In this document: piece by piece, positions 1-10,010 of the stretch | Layout: each line of letters opens with the position of its first letter | Position numbering within the stretch: the stretch's first letter is position 1 | Source: Candidatus Thorarchaeota archaeon | Lineage (GTDB): Archaea > Asgardarchaeota > Thorarchaeia > Thorarchaeales > Thorarchaeaceae | DNA: 64,000 nt | Assembly: GCA_003345595.1 (NCBI GenBank) | Contig: PRDI01000099.1 | Location: 1-64,000 of the forward strand | Reading direction: 5' to 3' | The notes under the pieces: model-generated | What the model was told of the DNA's origin: nothing | Databases searched by the model: none | Seen by the model: only the letters and a program-made list of their open reading frames with translations | Program-made: the position numbers and the translations under genes

Positions 1-369
1 CTTATTTGCCTATCTGCAAGAGGGGTGCGGATATCAATGTGCGCACTACAATCATCCATCAATGCAGACGAGGATCACTCCATCGCACACCTCGGCATCT
101 TCTTCACGAGTTTCCTGCTCTCACCTCCAATCCCTAGGATGAGGTGTCAAGAGAGCATTGAAACCAGAATGAATCCGCAGATGGAAGGTATGGCTCGCAC
201 AGTATCTAGAGTTGTCAATAGTAGGACGCCTCCACCCTCTGGACTTCTTTTTCTTCTCCTTCCATTCTTGTTCGGATCGGTTGGCATGACGTCTGTCAGT
301 GATGGGCTGTCTCATCAGGTCTAGCTCTACCAAGCTGGTTTCAAGACCTCAGAACTGAGTGGGCCGACT

Positions 370-1221
370 TCACGTTTGTTGGTCTCTCTTAATCGAGTCA
401 ACTCCACCAGAAGCAAGACAAAGGAACTCAAACACCCCATAGGCTTCGGTCATGTTGGCTGCCGTAAACTCGACGGTGCGACCATCGATTCTCCTTACCA
501 AGGGAAGCAACTCAGCGGCATCGGCGAAGTACGTCGACTGAAAGACCACCCTCATCCTGACTGGACGGTCTGCGACGAGAGCCTTTGCTCTGTGCTCCTT
601 CAGATTCGCCATTGCGCTCTTCACACCTGCCCTGAGTTCCTTCTCTATTCTACCTAGCCCGAAGCTTCCTGCGGAGCTTCGACTGAGGGATCGTTTGAGC
701 GCAACAGTCACAGTCCATGGGGCGTACCTCTTCACATCGTCCTCAAGAAGCTGGTAATCCCCGGCGACGAGTATCACGGGCACCTTCAGGTCTCCTAGAT
801 AGTAACCATTGAGGAGGAACTCACTCACCTCGACGCGATTGATCTCTAGTCGGTGAACAGAGAGGCTGTTGTAGGTATGATCGAACGTAGACTTAGCAGT
901 GCCTGCCTTTGAGTGATATCCGAGGAAGAGCCCTGCGTCACATCCCTCTGCTCCAGCCACCATTGAGGAGGGCCTAGGGTAGCCTCTGATGAGTTCTACA
1001 TACTCAGGCAGCTCATCCACCAACAGATTGACCATCGGGCCGTGGCTGTCTGCAACAACTATCTCATCGGCTCCGTTGTTATGTAGCTCGTCCATAGCAA
1101 TGAGCGAAACCCTTGTAGCAATCTTTCTGGCCTCATCATACAGAGTGCCTTTCAGAGTCAAGTGTCCAGGTATGACAACATAAGGCATACCCTCAAGGTC
1201 AACTGAAATGAATACTCTCAT
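370..1221 (-). CDS. dppA: D-aminopeptidase, M55 (DppA) family
   Basis: N-terminal ISVDLEG, ADSHG, LGYH and FDHT zinc-ligand motifs, EVSE, VAGD. Confidence 0.93.
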   Translation of the reverse strand: MRVFISVDLEGMPYVVIPGHLTLKGTLYDEARKIATRVSLIAMDELHNNGADEIVVADSHGPMVNLLVDELPEYVELIRGYPRPSSMVAGAEGCDAGLFLGYHSKAGTAKSTFDHTYNSLSVHRLEINRVEVSEFLLNGYYLGDLKVPVILVAGDYQLLEDDVKRYAPWTVTVALKRSLSRSSAGSFGLGRIEKELRAGVKSAMANLKEHRAKALVADRPVRMRVVFQSTYFADAAELLPLVRRIDGRTVEFTAANMTEAYGVFEFLCLASGGVDSIKRDQQT

Positions 1222-1361
1222 AGGAAAGCCTCGGCATCTCCCGGATTAGTGCGTAGCTGACGAAAAAGCCTTCCGGACCAAAGGGAGCAATGTGGGTCGG
1301 ACCCATGGTCGAATCATTTATGGGCTGGGAGAATGGTGCGAATCGTGGAGGCTCAAGTGTA

Positions 1362-1682
1362 TTGAGTCTAAGTGGACCCCTCCGCCAGCGCAAGAGTTAC
1401 CTCAAGTTGGTTCTACGTCCTAGGGGCATCACGTTGGAGGACGTACGCAACAAGTACGTTTCAGAGGTCACATCCTTCTACGAGTTCGTCTGGGACACCC
1501 CGACAGGCGATCCTCTCATTGAGGCTCTCAGATCGGTGCTTCAGACGCGTATGCCTGACTTATCCTTCTTTGTAGTGATGAGCTCACTCAGAACCCAAGC
1601 GGTCACTTCGCAGAGAGGCCCAAAGACAGCTAGTCACAGATATCGGCACATTGCTGAGGTAGAAGTCACCAAGACTGTATGA
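1362..1682 (+). CDS. Hypothetical protein (~106 aa)
   Basis: ORF 1290..1682; TTG at 1362 preceded by GGAGG; fills the gap between dppA and the M14 gene; no family recognised. Confidence 0.55.
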   Translation: MSLSGPLRQRKSYLKLVLRPRGITLEDVRNKYVSEVTSFYEFVWDTPTGDPLIEALRSVLQTRMPDLSFFVVMSSLRTQAVTSQRGPKTASHRYRHIAEVEVTKTV

Positions 1683-1786
1683 GCGTTTGCGGCAGGCTGA
1701 ACGGTCAGGTGCCTTGTCTAGCTCGTGTTGCAGTTTCAAAAGGGTTATGTCTGGGTCAATGCGCCGGACCATCCAAGGTCAAGATA

Positions 1787-2824
1787 ATGCCTGAGAAACT
1801 CAAAGTCGGGACTGCGACTGCCAAGAGAGGCGAGCTGCAGAAAGGTATGATGAAAGGAATTGAGCTCAACACCACTACTAGCATCGACATCCCGGTTCTC
1901 GTGATGAATGGGATGAAGGACGGCCCCACCCTTCTCATAGTTTCCACGCAGCACGGAATCGAGATTCAAGGCACTGAGGTGGTCCTCAAGATCATGAGGG
2001 AGAGGATCGACCCAAAGAAGCTGAGGGGTGCGATAATCGGAATCCCTGTCGAAAACCCTCTCGCCTACATGCACCACCAGTATCTGTCTTGGATTGACAA
2101 CCTAGACTTGGGCGGCGGAGGAAGTGGAAGTCTGCTCACTGCCGACAGACCCCTGGGTGGAGCGACAGAAAGACTTGCCTACGCGTTGTGGCAGGAGGCA
2201 TGGAGTCAGGCTGACATTGTCATCAACATCCACTGCAATACTCGCCCCGATTCTCTATTCTTCCAAGAGATCAACACCGGCAACCCGAAGACGAGAGAGA
2301 AGCTTGAGCGAATGGCAAAGGCCTTTGGAGTGACAACCCTGATTGTCAACGAACCAGTGAAAGACGATGCACCTTCCACGTTGGCAAACATGGCGGCGAA
2401 GAAGGGTGTACCTGACATACTCATCGAACTGATTGATGGCCGCTGGATATCCGAGCCTTCCACTTCAGTGGGTGTGAGGGGCGTTATCAATATCATGAAG
2501 ACCCTCGACATGATCGACGGTCAGATAGAACCACAGCAGGGGATTCAGATCGTACAAGGGCCGTGTAAGGAATGGGGCATTGTTCGAGCCAACAGAGGAG
2601 GCCTGGTCCGTTTCCTCAAGAAGCCAGGCGTCTTCATGAAGAAGGACGAGGTCTTTGCAGAGATCTACGACCTGTATGGTGACGTGCTCGAGAGGGTGAA
2701 GATGCCGGTGGATGGATACACGTGGGCATACCCATGCGGCGACATCTTGGGCACCAACTCAAGTCTGCAGGCTGTTCAGACTGGTGCTAATGTTGCCTAT
2801 GTCTTCACAGAGGAGAACAAGTAG
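1787..2824 (+). CDS. Succinylglutamate desuccinylase/aspartoacylase (M14) family protein
   Basis: GPTLLIVSTQHGIE (HxxE), INIHC, IELIDG, C-terminal barrel-sandwich segment; start moved to MPEKLKVG. Confidence 0.88.
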   Translation: MPEKLKVGTATAKRGELQKGMMKGIELNTTTSIDIPVLVMNGMKDGPTLLIVSTQHGIEIQGTEVVLKIMRERIDPKKLRGAIIGIPVENPLAYMHHQYLSWIDNLDLGGGGSGSLLTADRPLGGATERLAYALWQEAWSQADIVINIHCNTRPDSLFFQEINTGNPKTREKLERMAKAFGVTTLIVNEPVKDDAPSTLANMAAKKGVPDILIELIDGRWISEPSTSVGVRGVINIMKTLDMIDGQIEPQQGIQIVQGPCKEWGIVRANRGGLVRFLKKPGVFMKKDEVFAEIYDLYGDVLERVKMPVDGYTWAYPCGDILGTNSSLQAVQTGANVAYVFTEENK

Positions 2825-2886
2825 GCTAGCAGGTCTTTGCTGGGAATCGACAGGTCATTGTGAACCTGCTGAGCTAGGTCTTGATG

Positions 2887-2921
2887 TAGCTCTGAGCCGG
2901 TTCGAGCGCGGCTCGGAGCTA
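2887..2921 (+). other. 13-bp stem-loop downstream of the M14 gene
   Basis: TAGCTCTGAGCCG / CGGCTCGGAGCTA with one G.U pair on the + strand, 9-nt loop GTTCGAGCG. Confidence 0.55.
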
Positions 2922-3040
2922 GTGCAATTCCTCATTGATCCTTCACGACACGAGTTGGAAAGAGGCATTCAAGGCCAGGGGGAGTACTTAATCCTTAATA
3001 CAACATGCACGAATGCTGCTCAACTGAGTGGAGCGCGAGG

Positions 3041-3550
3041 ATGTCCGTGAGCTCGTCTTCGCAGTCTGTGCAAAGGCCGATGATTTCCGGGTTTCTATTG
3101 ATACTGATAGTAGTCCTCCTCATTGTGCCGCACACACTCAAGATCGAGCTTTCAAACGGCACTGACAATTCCTATGTTAGGTGCGACCTGATTGCATTAT
3201 CATGGGCCCTGATTCGTGCTTATGGAAGGACGATTGCTGGACCCTTGAACACAGTAAGCCTTTCATTGCCAGACGGGATGGCACTTCTCTGGGGCGAACT
3301 TGCTCTTGCAGCGAGCATTCTTATCTTTCATGCAGTGCGACGGATTTCTCCTAGAGTCCCTGTTAGCAGACTCGGCTGGGCTGTTGTAGCTTGGGTCGTC
3401 CTTTGGGTTGTCATATTGCCCGGTGTGACGGTGATTGCAGCTGTTGAATTCTGGGCGCAGACTGTGATTCCCTTCGCACTGCAGCAAATCAGTACGGCCG
3501 TGGTTGCATGGTACTATCCTTCTGACAAACAGGAGGGTCGAGAAACCTAG
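3041..3550 (+). CDS. Hypothetical membrane protein
   Basis: Several hydrophobic helices; ATG at 3041 after a purine-rich RBS-like stretch. Confidence 0.65.
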   Translation: MSVSSSSQSVQRPMISGFLLILIVVLLIVPHTLKIELSNGTDNSYVRCDLIALSWALIRAYGRTIAGPLNTVSLSLPDGMALLWGELALAASILIFHAVRRISPRVPVSRLGWAVVAWVVLWVVILPGVTVIAAVEFWAQTVIPFALQQISTAVVAWYYPSDKQEGRET

Positions 3551-3717
3551 ACGCTCCCGCTTGACAACGCTTCATTGACCTTGAAATCACCACAGGTGAT
3601 ACGCACCGTGCGAAGTTTCGTTTTCGACCATTTCAGAGTGCCACCCTTTGTCATGCCCGCGGCGAATCCAAGATAGGCACATCTATCTGAGTTTCCCCCA
3701 TTTCAGCGCGAGTTGAG

Positions 3718-4419
3718 ATGAAGGCAATGAGCAAGGCCATTCGGAGCATGTTCGATGAGGTGTCGCCGACCTATGAGCTCGTCAACCACACCATCACGTT
3801 CGGCTTGGACACGGTATGGCGAAGATTGGCCGCTGTTTTCGCCGCAAGGAAAGGGGGAGCAGTCTGGGTTGATGTGTGCAGTGGGACCGGTGAGATGGCT
3901 CTGAGTCTTCGTCATTTTGCTGCTACACATACAAGGGTGATTGGAGTAGACTTCAGTACGCCTATGCTCAAGAAGGCCGCAAGCAAATCGGAGGCAGGCG
4001 GAGTGCTCTTCATGCTTGCCGATGTGAAGACGCTCCCCCTTCGCAGCAGCTCACTTGATGTTCTAACAGTCGCTTTTGCTATTCGGAACCTCCACATGTC
4101 GAAACGAGCGCTGGTTGGGACTCTCGAAGAGTTCCACAGAGTCCTGAAACCCGATGGGCTCTTTATCAGCCTAGAAACCAGTCAACCATCTTCCAAGTTG
4201 ATCCGATGGCTGTTTCGTTCCTATGTCAAGTGGCTCGTCAAAACGATAGGCCGCACAATCTCCAGTTCGAGCTCTGCTTATTCTTACCTATCATCTACTG
4301 TGCTTCGCTTCTATGGCGCAGAGGATTTTGCAGAGATCATTCGAGAGGCGGGATTCAGTCGTATCAGGTTCTATTCCATGATGTCCGGAATCGTCGCCAT
4401 TCATGAGGCCAGAAAGTGA
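3718..4419 (+). CDS. UbiE/MenG-family SAM methyltransferase
   Basis: MFDEVSPTYELVNHTITFGLDTVWRR, DVCSGTGE, AFAIRNL, RVLKPDG, AYSYLSSTV. Confidence 0.88.
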   Translation: MKAMSKAIRSMFDEVSPTYELVNHTITFGLDTVWRRLAAVFAARKGGAVWVDVCSGTGEMALSLRHFAATHTRVIGVDFSTPMLKKAASKSEAGGVLFMLADVKTLPLRSSSLDVLTVAFAIRNLHMSKRALVGTLEEFHRVLKPDGLFISLETSQPSSKLIRWLFRSYVKWLVKTIGRTISSSSSAYSYLSSTVLRFYGAEDFAEIIREAGFSRIRFYSMMSGIVAIHEARK

Positions 4420-4484
4420 TTGCCTTAATGCGTCCATTAGTCGCATCTGGCGAACAGAAGATGCTCCTATATGATTCTGCAATC

Positions 4485-5630
4485 TCATCTCTGCTTGGTC
4501 GACCGAAGCACGTCATCGATCATGAACTGGCGCTCTGTTCGCCACGAATGAGTGTTCTCGTCAAGTGTTTCGGGCCACACGTAGTACAGGTAGGAGTGCG
4601 TGTAGTCCAAGAGACAGACAGTCATCTGTTTCAGAGAAGAGAACAGATTGGTCAGAACTGGTGAAAGATGGCTCGGTTGGAGCCTGATGAACCAAAAGAG
4701 CTGGTTGCCGGACACTCTCATCGTAGACTCAAAAGGAATCGGATTTCTCACCATCTTCGTTCTTAGCCTTTGAAGAAACGCACTTCCACCTGTGCCCAGA
4801 ATCAGAACGTTTGTGTAGATGTCGAAGGCAGATGGATCGAAGGTCACACGGAAGCCATCTATACATTCGTCCCGTATCATGCGGTAGCGTCTGCTGAAGG
4901 TCTGAGGAGTGAAATATGTTCCATTCTTTCTGAGCGTTTCTATGAGGTCACTATTCTTTCTTCGAGCCCCTTTCATGAGCTCCTGCAGGATGGAGAGGTC
5001 ATTCTTTGTGAGCCAAGACAATGACTTGCCTGGCCACTCTTCTCTCTTCACTGGCTCGTCCACAATGGTTTCTGCTGTGAACCACTTATCCCAATCGAAC
5101 TTCCAAGTGAGTGTCTTTGAATCCCAACCATCAATCCTCAGGGATGAATAGACCGTGGGTTCGTCTTCCTCGGGAAGGAACCTGTAACCAGTCACTGCGC
5201 CCTCATCCGAAATCTGCTTGACCATCGCCTCTATGAGAGGACGTGTACCGACAGGTGTCCGAAACTGGAGAAGCTCTCCGTTCATAGCCCCGTAACAGCG
5301 ACTCCGATAGGCAGTGTACGGGTGTCTTGTCGCAATGTCTTCCAGTCTGAGAATTCCTTCAAGGTCATTGGTTTCCAGAAGCACATCAACAGACTCGTAG
5401 CCAAGGTTATGATGGCTGAGAAGCGGCTTGACCACGAAGTAGGCCATCTCTTCGGCCTTTCCCTTAGGGACAATGGCTGAACGTTGCCCCTGAAGCTCCC
5501 TGAGCCGCTTTGCAGCTGTCGGCTTGGAAACCCCTGCTCGACCGGCCAGCTCATCAATCGTGGCAAAGGGGTTTTCCTGTATCGCAATGAGGAGTGATAG
5601 GCTTTGACTGGGTAGCGCGTTCAGTTCCAT
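4485..5630 (-). CDS. Lrp/AsnC-like regulator with two HTH modules
   Basis: N-terminal HTH (ATIDELAGRAGVSKPTAAKRLREL); second HTH (LTKNDLSILQEL...FSRRYRMI). Confidence 0.75.
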   Translation of the reverse strand: MELNALPSQSLSLLIAIQENPFATIDELAGRAGVSKPTAAKRLRELQGQRSAIVPKGKAEEMAYFVVKPLLSHHNLGYESVDVLLETNDLEGILRLEDIATRHPYTAYRSRCYGAMNGELLQFRTPVGTRPLIEAMVKQISDEGAVTGYRFLPEEDEPTVYSSLRIDGWDSKTLTWKFDWDKWFTAETIVDEPVKREEWPGKSLSWLTKNDLSILQELMKGARRKNSDLIETLRKNGTYFTPQTFSRRYRMIRDECIDGFRVTFDPSAFDIYTNVLILGTGGSAFLQRLRTKMVRNPIPFESTMRVSGNQLFWFIRLQPSHLSPVLTNLFSSLKQMTVCLLDYTHSYLYYVWPETLDENTHSWRTERQFMIDDVLRSTKQR

Positions 5631-5676
5631 CCACTCACCATACTAATCGGTCAGGCAGACACGTTTCTGATTGTAG

Positions 5677-6171
5677 CTAGTACATCACTTCGACTGTCAG
5701 TATTTCAGCTAACGGCGGTCCTGGATCTCCACCTGTTGGTGGGTCAAACGCAACAGATGAAGAGCCATAATAAATGTTCGATTCCCCAATCAAGAATGAC
5801 AACACACTAAATGTGTACCAGCCCGATTCCGTGACTACATTCAACCATCCTATGGTGAGAGTGAGTTGTCGATACTCACCTTTGACTCCGATCACTAGAA
5901 TGAACCCGCTTCCAGACGGAAGAATCAGATGGCAGTAGATCTGGGTTCTCTTGAAAACAACCTCATCCGACAAGACTGTAATCCGAAAAGTGGTTACTAT
6001 GTCATCTTCACTGCCATCTCTATCCAGGTCACAGTAGTCAGCGTTCTTGATGACAACCTGCAGCGGGTCATCTTTCTGACCACTTCCGTCGGCGCGAGCC
6101 TGATTTGGCACCATGGCGAGAAAGCATGCTGCCACTAGTGCAAACACCAACATCCTTCTCAAACTTATCAT
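5677..6171 (-). CDS. Secreted hypothetical protein with DxDxDG motif
   Basis: Signal peptide MISLRRMLVFALVAACFLAMVPNQARA, DLDRDGSEDD, beta-rich; GGTG RBS before ATG 6171. Confidence 0.7.
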   Translation of the reverse strand: MISLRRMLVFALVAACFLAMVPNQARADGSGQKDDPLQVVIKNADYCDLDRDGSEDDIVTTFRITVLSDEVVFKRTQIYCHLILPSGSGFILVIGVKGEYRQLTLTIGWLNVVTESGWYTFSVLSFLIGESNIYYGSSSVAFDPPTGGDPGPPLAEILTVEVMY

Positions 6172-6286
6172 AAGCGACACCTGTCGATAGAAAAACGAAC
6201 CCGTTCGATGCTTCTTTTGCTTTTCTATCACATCCCCATTGCTGGGAATCTCAAGAACCAACCCGTCAGTGGGAGTAAAGTAAAAC

Positions 6287-6296
6287 CTTATATAAG
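6287..6296. promoter_or_regulatory. Palindromic TATA box CTTATATAAG between divergent genes
   Basis: Self-complementary AT-rich box in the 6172-6354 divergent intergenic region. Confidence 0.55.
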
Positions 6297-6354
6297 TTCG
6301 GTTTACATTACTACCACAACCATTTGGACAGATGACTCATTCGGTGATAGAATC

Positions 6355-6972
6355 TTGGGACTGAAAGATGATGGCCCTCTCAAAGGGCACAGAATATCCT
6401 CCTCTGAAGAACAGAAAACAGTCGTTCCCCGAGCAGATATCAAGAATCAAGCGCTGAGTGTGTCCGGTCCCTCCCAGATGTCGGTTGTTCAAACCGAACG
6501 CCTGCTGGCCTACGAAAGCCCAAGCAAGGCGCCTGACGGCCCGGGGCATGATCGCGGCCTATATGCATCCTCTTTGCAGTCTGTTCTGTCAAAGGGCTAC
6601 GAGCGTCGGCCGAGGATTGTCACTCCCAGAGATGTTCGCAAGACCAATGCGCTTGACCGACAAATGTGTGTTGAATCCATCGACCTACTAAAGAGCTATC
6701 TGGGCGGCCATCGGAACATCTCGTTAGCGGTCCGTATGGTAACCGGAAACGCAAAGCCCGTGATTCACGCAACGGTGAGCCTGGTTGTTATCAGCCCAGA
6801 TGGTGAACTGTCCCGGTTGTCAGAATCCACCGACGACAATGGCATTGCGTTCTTCAGGGTCAATGATGCAGTCCCGGGCGAATGGGGAGTCGTGGTCACA
6901 GAGGTCATTCACCCCTCATACATTTTCAGCAGATCTACTAGTGCCGAAGTGAGTAGGGCGGCCTTCCTTTGA
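6355..6972 (+). CDS. Hypothetical protein with C-terminal Ig-like/beta-sandwich domain
   Basis: KPVIHATVSL...STDDNGIAFF...PGEWGVVVTEV pattern; TTG 6355 after GGTGA. Confidence 0.55.
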   Translation: MGLKDDGPLKGHRISSSEEQKTVVPRADIKNQALSVSGPSQMSVVQTERLLAYESPSKAPDGPGHDRGLYASSLQSVLSKGYERRPRIVTPRDVRKTNALDRQMCVESIDLLKSYLGGHRNISLAVRMVTGNAKPVIHATVSLVVISPDGELSRLSESTDDNGIAFFRVNDAVPGEWGVVVTEVIHPSYIFSRSTSAEVSRAAFL

Positions 6973-7042
6973 CAAGCCTACGGGTTTCCTTCCCAAGCAG
7001 TTAGAATGCTCACAATTGAGAAACACCATCAATCTTAGTAGA

Positions 7043-7798
7043 CTAGGGCCATAGTATACTTGAGCCGGTTTCACGGTAGATGCACCGTTCGTCAGCTGCG
7101 AAAAACACACCCTCAAGTGTCTGTGAGAGGTCTAGTCCATCCAATTCGTCGACTGGATACCAGGACAATTGACTATGAGTCCACTCTTCATTGCCGTGGA
7201 CTGGCATTCCGAGGACTGGTTTTTCTTGGGCAATCATTTCGATCAAGAGAATGACCCCCAGCCTGCCATGCAGCTCACCTAGAACAGCTAAGAGGTGTTT
7301 TTCAGATGTCACTCCAACCGCAGCCTCTTCGGTGAGCTCTCTGGAACACGCTTTCTCCAGTGGGCCTTCCGCATCCTTTGCTTCAAGCATTCCACCGGGC
7401 ACCGAGAGGAAGAGGGGACAATACATCGAATCGCCTGCACGTTCTCCAATCAAGATACTCTGACGATCAGGCGACAGGAGGATTATTTGACAACCGAGGC
7501 AGCCATAGCCTGAAAGACCCAACCCAAGACTATCTAGGGTTACGACTCTTGAGAACCTGATTGTGCTAAGGTCAAGATGTACGCCGGTTGACGAAACCTG
7601 TAGCTCGTCTAGGACCAAGAGTGACCCATCGTACGCGCTGGGATGTTCCAGTAGGGCCTTTTTCCAGATGTCCTCTCTCTTTGCTTCCAGTCTGGGCTGC
7701 AGCAGAACCTCTTTGTTAGGATAACATCGCCACGACACATACTCAAGTGGTACACGTCCTTTCCAGTGAACTGTGAGCCGAAGCTGTGTATTGACCAT
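7043..7798 (-). CDS. NUDIX hydrolase
   Basis: Nudix box PGGMLE...ACSRELTEEAAV. Confidence 0.85.
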   Translation of the reverse strand: MVNTQLRLTVHWKGRVPLEYVSWRCYPNKEVLLQPRLEAKREDIWKKALLEHPSAYDGSLLVLDELQVSSTGVHLDLSTIRFSRVVTLDSLGLGLSGYGCLGCQIILLSPDRQSILIGERAGDSMYCPLFLSVPGGMLEAKDAEGPLEKACSRELTEEAAVGVTSEKHLLAVLGELHGRLGVILLIEMIAQEKPVLGMPVHGNEEWTHSQLSWYPVDELDGLDLSQTLEGVFFAADERCIYRETGSSILWP

Positions 7799-7908
7799 GG
7801 AATCACCGGGCCGCCGTCGTTTCTAATGGTCGTCAGTCGTTCTATGAGGACGTGTCGATTCGTTAGAGCCACGCCCTAGATGAAGTTAGAGTGCCTCTTG
7901 GCTTGCAC

Positions 7909-8661
7909 TCACAGACCGCCCGTGCCTTTGCCCTTGAGATCCCTCAGGAGATCGCGAATCTCACGCAGAGTCAACAGCATCTCATCATCAAGGCTGTCTT
8001 CCATCCTTGGCACGGGTTCCTCATGAGGAAGAACCACTTCAGTCCCGAGCGTGTAGGGCTCTCGGAACTTCCTCAGTTCTCTGAGAATGAAGTCCCTGAC
8101 TTCCTCATAGAACACTATTCCTTCGAGCTTCTGTTCGGGCCCCTGCTGCCTGGGCCCAGAGAAGCCCGCAGTTTCAATCTCGACCGTGCCTATCCCAAAG
8201 AGCCGATCGAATACTCCAGCCCTGCTCGAGATGTTTGTGATGGTCCTGAAGGGAACATGCTTTCTCGTCACGTTCAATATGCCCTGTTTCACGTAAACCT
8301 CGGGCATCGTTTCGCCTGACTCTGAGATGACCGAGTACTCTATCGAGTTGATGTAAATGGGCGTTAGCACGAGTGCCGGAATCAGCCATATCAGGTTGAA
8401 GATCCACACGCCGACGTTTATGAGTAGCGACCACTGACTGACCCACAGCCCATAAACAGTCACTTCGGGGTTTTCACCTGTCGACATCATGTATACTACC
8501 CCTAGGACCATCAGAATGATGAACGCCCAGAGTGCGACAGCTATTGAGATTTCAATCGTCCAGTTCTTGTTTCTGAACGCCTTTGATGGTCTGAAGACCT
8601 TCCCACTGAACATCTTCTCAGCAGGCGGCCTGATCACCTTCGTTTCCTCATCGTGTGTCAT
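7909..8661 (-). CDS. Membrane protein with bacterial PH (bPH_2, YdbS-like) domain
   Basis: Two TM helices, then VKQGILNVTRKHVPFRTITNISSRAGVFDRLFGIGTVEIETAG. Confidence 0.88.
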   Translation of the reverse strand: MTHDEETKVIRPPAEKMFSGKVFRPSKAFRNKNWTIEISIAVALWAFIILMVLGVVYMMSTGENPEVTVYGLWVSQWSLLINVGVWIFNLIWLIPALVLTPIYINSIEYSVISESGETMPEVYVKQGILNVTRKHVPFRTITNISSRAGVFDRLFGIGTVEIETAGFSGPRQQGPEQKLEGIVFYEEVRDFILRELRKFREPYTLGTEVVLPHEEPVPRMEDSLDDEMLLTLREIRDLLRDLKGKGTGGL

Positions 8662-8663
8662 GC

Positions 8664-9437
8664 TTATCTGCCTCCTCTCCTGTCGAGTTTCTCGTCCATT
8701 CTCTGGAGAATGTCCCTCATCTCGCGGAGAGTAATCAGTATCTCATCAGTGGTGGCATTCTCAGCTAAGGCCACAGGGCGCTCTTGAGCGTACCCGGTCT
8801 TCGTCGGTTGCACGACCTCCGTGCCAGTAACATATGGCGCGCCAAGCTTTCTGAGCTCTCTCAGTATGTAGTCTCTGAGCTCCTCATAGAAGACCACGCC
8901 CTCAATCTTCTCTTCGGGTTCTGTAGCTCCTGCTGCTCCCACTGAGGCACCTGCGGTTTCAATCTCGATATTGCCTATCCGAAAGAGCCGATCGAATGGT
9001 CCCGCCGTGCTTGCGATGTTTGTGATAGTTCTCAGGGGTACATGTTTCTTCGTGATGTCTATGATGCCTTTCTTGACATATATCTCGGGGAGACTCTCGC
9101 CCGACTGTCCCAACACAGAGTACTCAATTGAGTTCACGTAGACCTGAATTAATGCCGCGGTTGGAATGGACCAACAGGCATTGATGACCCAGATCCACCA
9201 GCTCATCTGGACCCACTGGTGCTCAAGCAGGTTCCAGAAATCCGGCAGACCCACAGACTGGAAGAGATATGCGATCCCGTAGAACATCAGAATCGTGATT
9301 GCCCATATTGTCACTGCGGTGAAAGCTACAGTGAACCAGTACTTATTCCTCAGCCGCTTCGATGGCCTGAATACTTTGCCGCTTGTCACCACTTCGAAAG
9401 GCGGCCTGATCACAGTCACACCTGTTTCGCCGTTCAA
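8664..9437 (-). CDS. bPH_2-domain membrane protein, tandem paralogue
   Basis: Same architecture: VKKGIIDITKKHVPLRTITNIASTAGPFDRLFRIGNIEIETAG. Confidence 0.88.
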   Translation of the reverse strand: MNGETGVTVIRPPFEVVTSGKVFRPSKRLRNKYWFTVAFTAVTIWAITILMFYGIAYLFQSVGLPDFWNLLEHQWVQMSWWIWVINACWSIPTAALIQVYVNSIEYSVLGQSGESLPEIYVKKGIIDITKKHVPLRTITNIASTAGPFDRLFRIGNIEIETAGASVGAAGATEPEEKIEGVVFYEELRDYILRELRKLGAPYVTGTEVVQPTKTGYAQERPVALAENATTDEILITLREMRDILQRMDEKLDRRGGR

Positions 9438-9976
9438 TTCTGCTCACCTGGCTCAGTCTTTCTCTTGTAACGCGGTACTTCTTTCGCTGCTAGCTTGTTG
9501 AAAATGGCAACAGACTGCAAGGTCATTGGCAATGCCTCCTCGTCAGGCCTGAGCGTTATGTCGTACTCCTGCATGATGGCGTCTAGAGTTTCTCTGCACT
9601 CGGGCTCCTTTGGACATTCAGGACATAGCTTTCCAGCGTAAGAATCATGTCTATACCATACTATTATTCCGAACTTCTCGGTAAAGACAATGTAGACCTG
9701 TGCATTCGCCTGATAGTCAAAGCCGATCAGCAGACCCTTGTAGTCAAGGAGGCTCTCGATATCCAACCGATGGCTGTTCGCATGGTCCCTGAGGGTCTTC
9801 GCAATCTTCTCTCTGGCTCGGTTCAAGACCCGAGATACATAGGCCGGGCTCCACTTCTCCTCACCGCTATCCTCGGCTATCTCGCTAGTGCTTTTCCCCC
9901 TCTGAAACTCGCGCCAGACGATTTCCTCATGAGCCGAGAGTAGTCCCACTCTGTTTTCCTCGCAGTCTTCAATCAT
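9434..9976 (-). CDS. HTH regulator (sigma70 region-4/LuxR-like) with C-terminal CxxCx5C motif
   Basis: LSAHEEIVW...STSEIAE...YVSRVLNRAREKI; CPECPKEPEC; 4-nt overlap with the next gene. Confidence 0.72.
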   Translation of the reverse strand: MIEDCEENRVGLLSAHEEIVWREFQRGKSTSEIAEDSGEEKWSPAYVSRVLNRAREKIAKTLRDHANSHRLDIESLLDYKGLLIGFDYQANAQVYIVFTEKFGIIVWYRHDSYAGKLCPECPKEPECRETLDAIMQEYDITLRPDEEALPMTLQSVAIFNKLAAKEVPRYKRKTEPGEQN

Positions 9977-10010
9977 CTACTGAGAGATGGTAATTCTTGA
10001 CCACGTAGAT

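Noticed and set aside
25-333. Short ORFs at the window start (25..324 +, 121..333 -)
   Set aside because: No recognisable motif or clear RBS; cannot be supported
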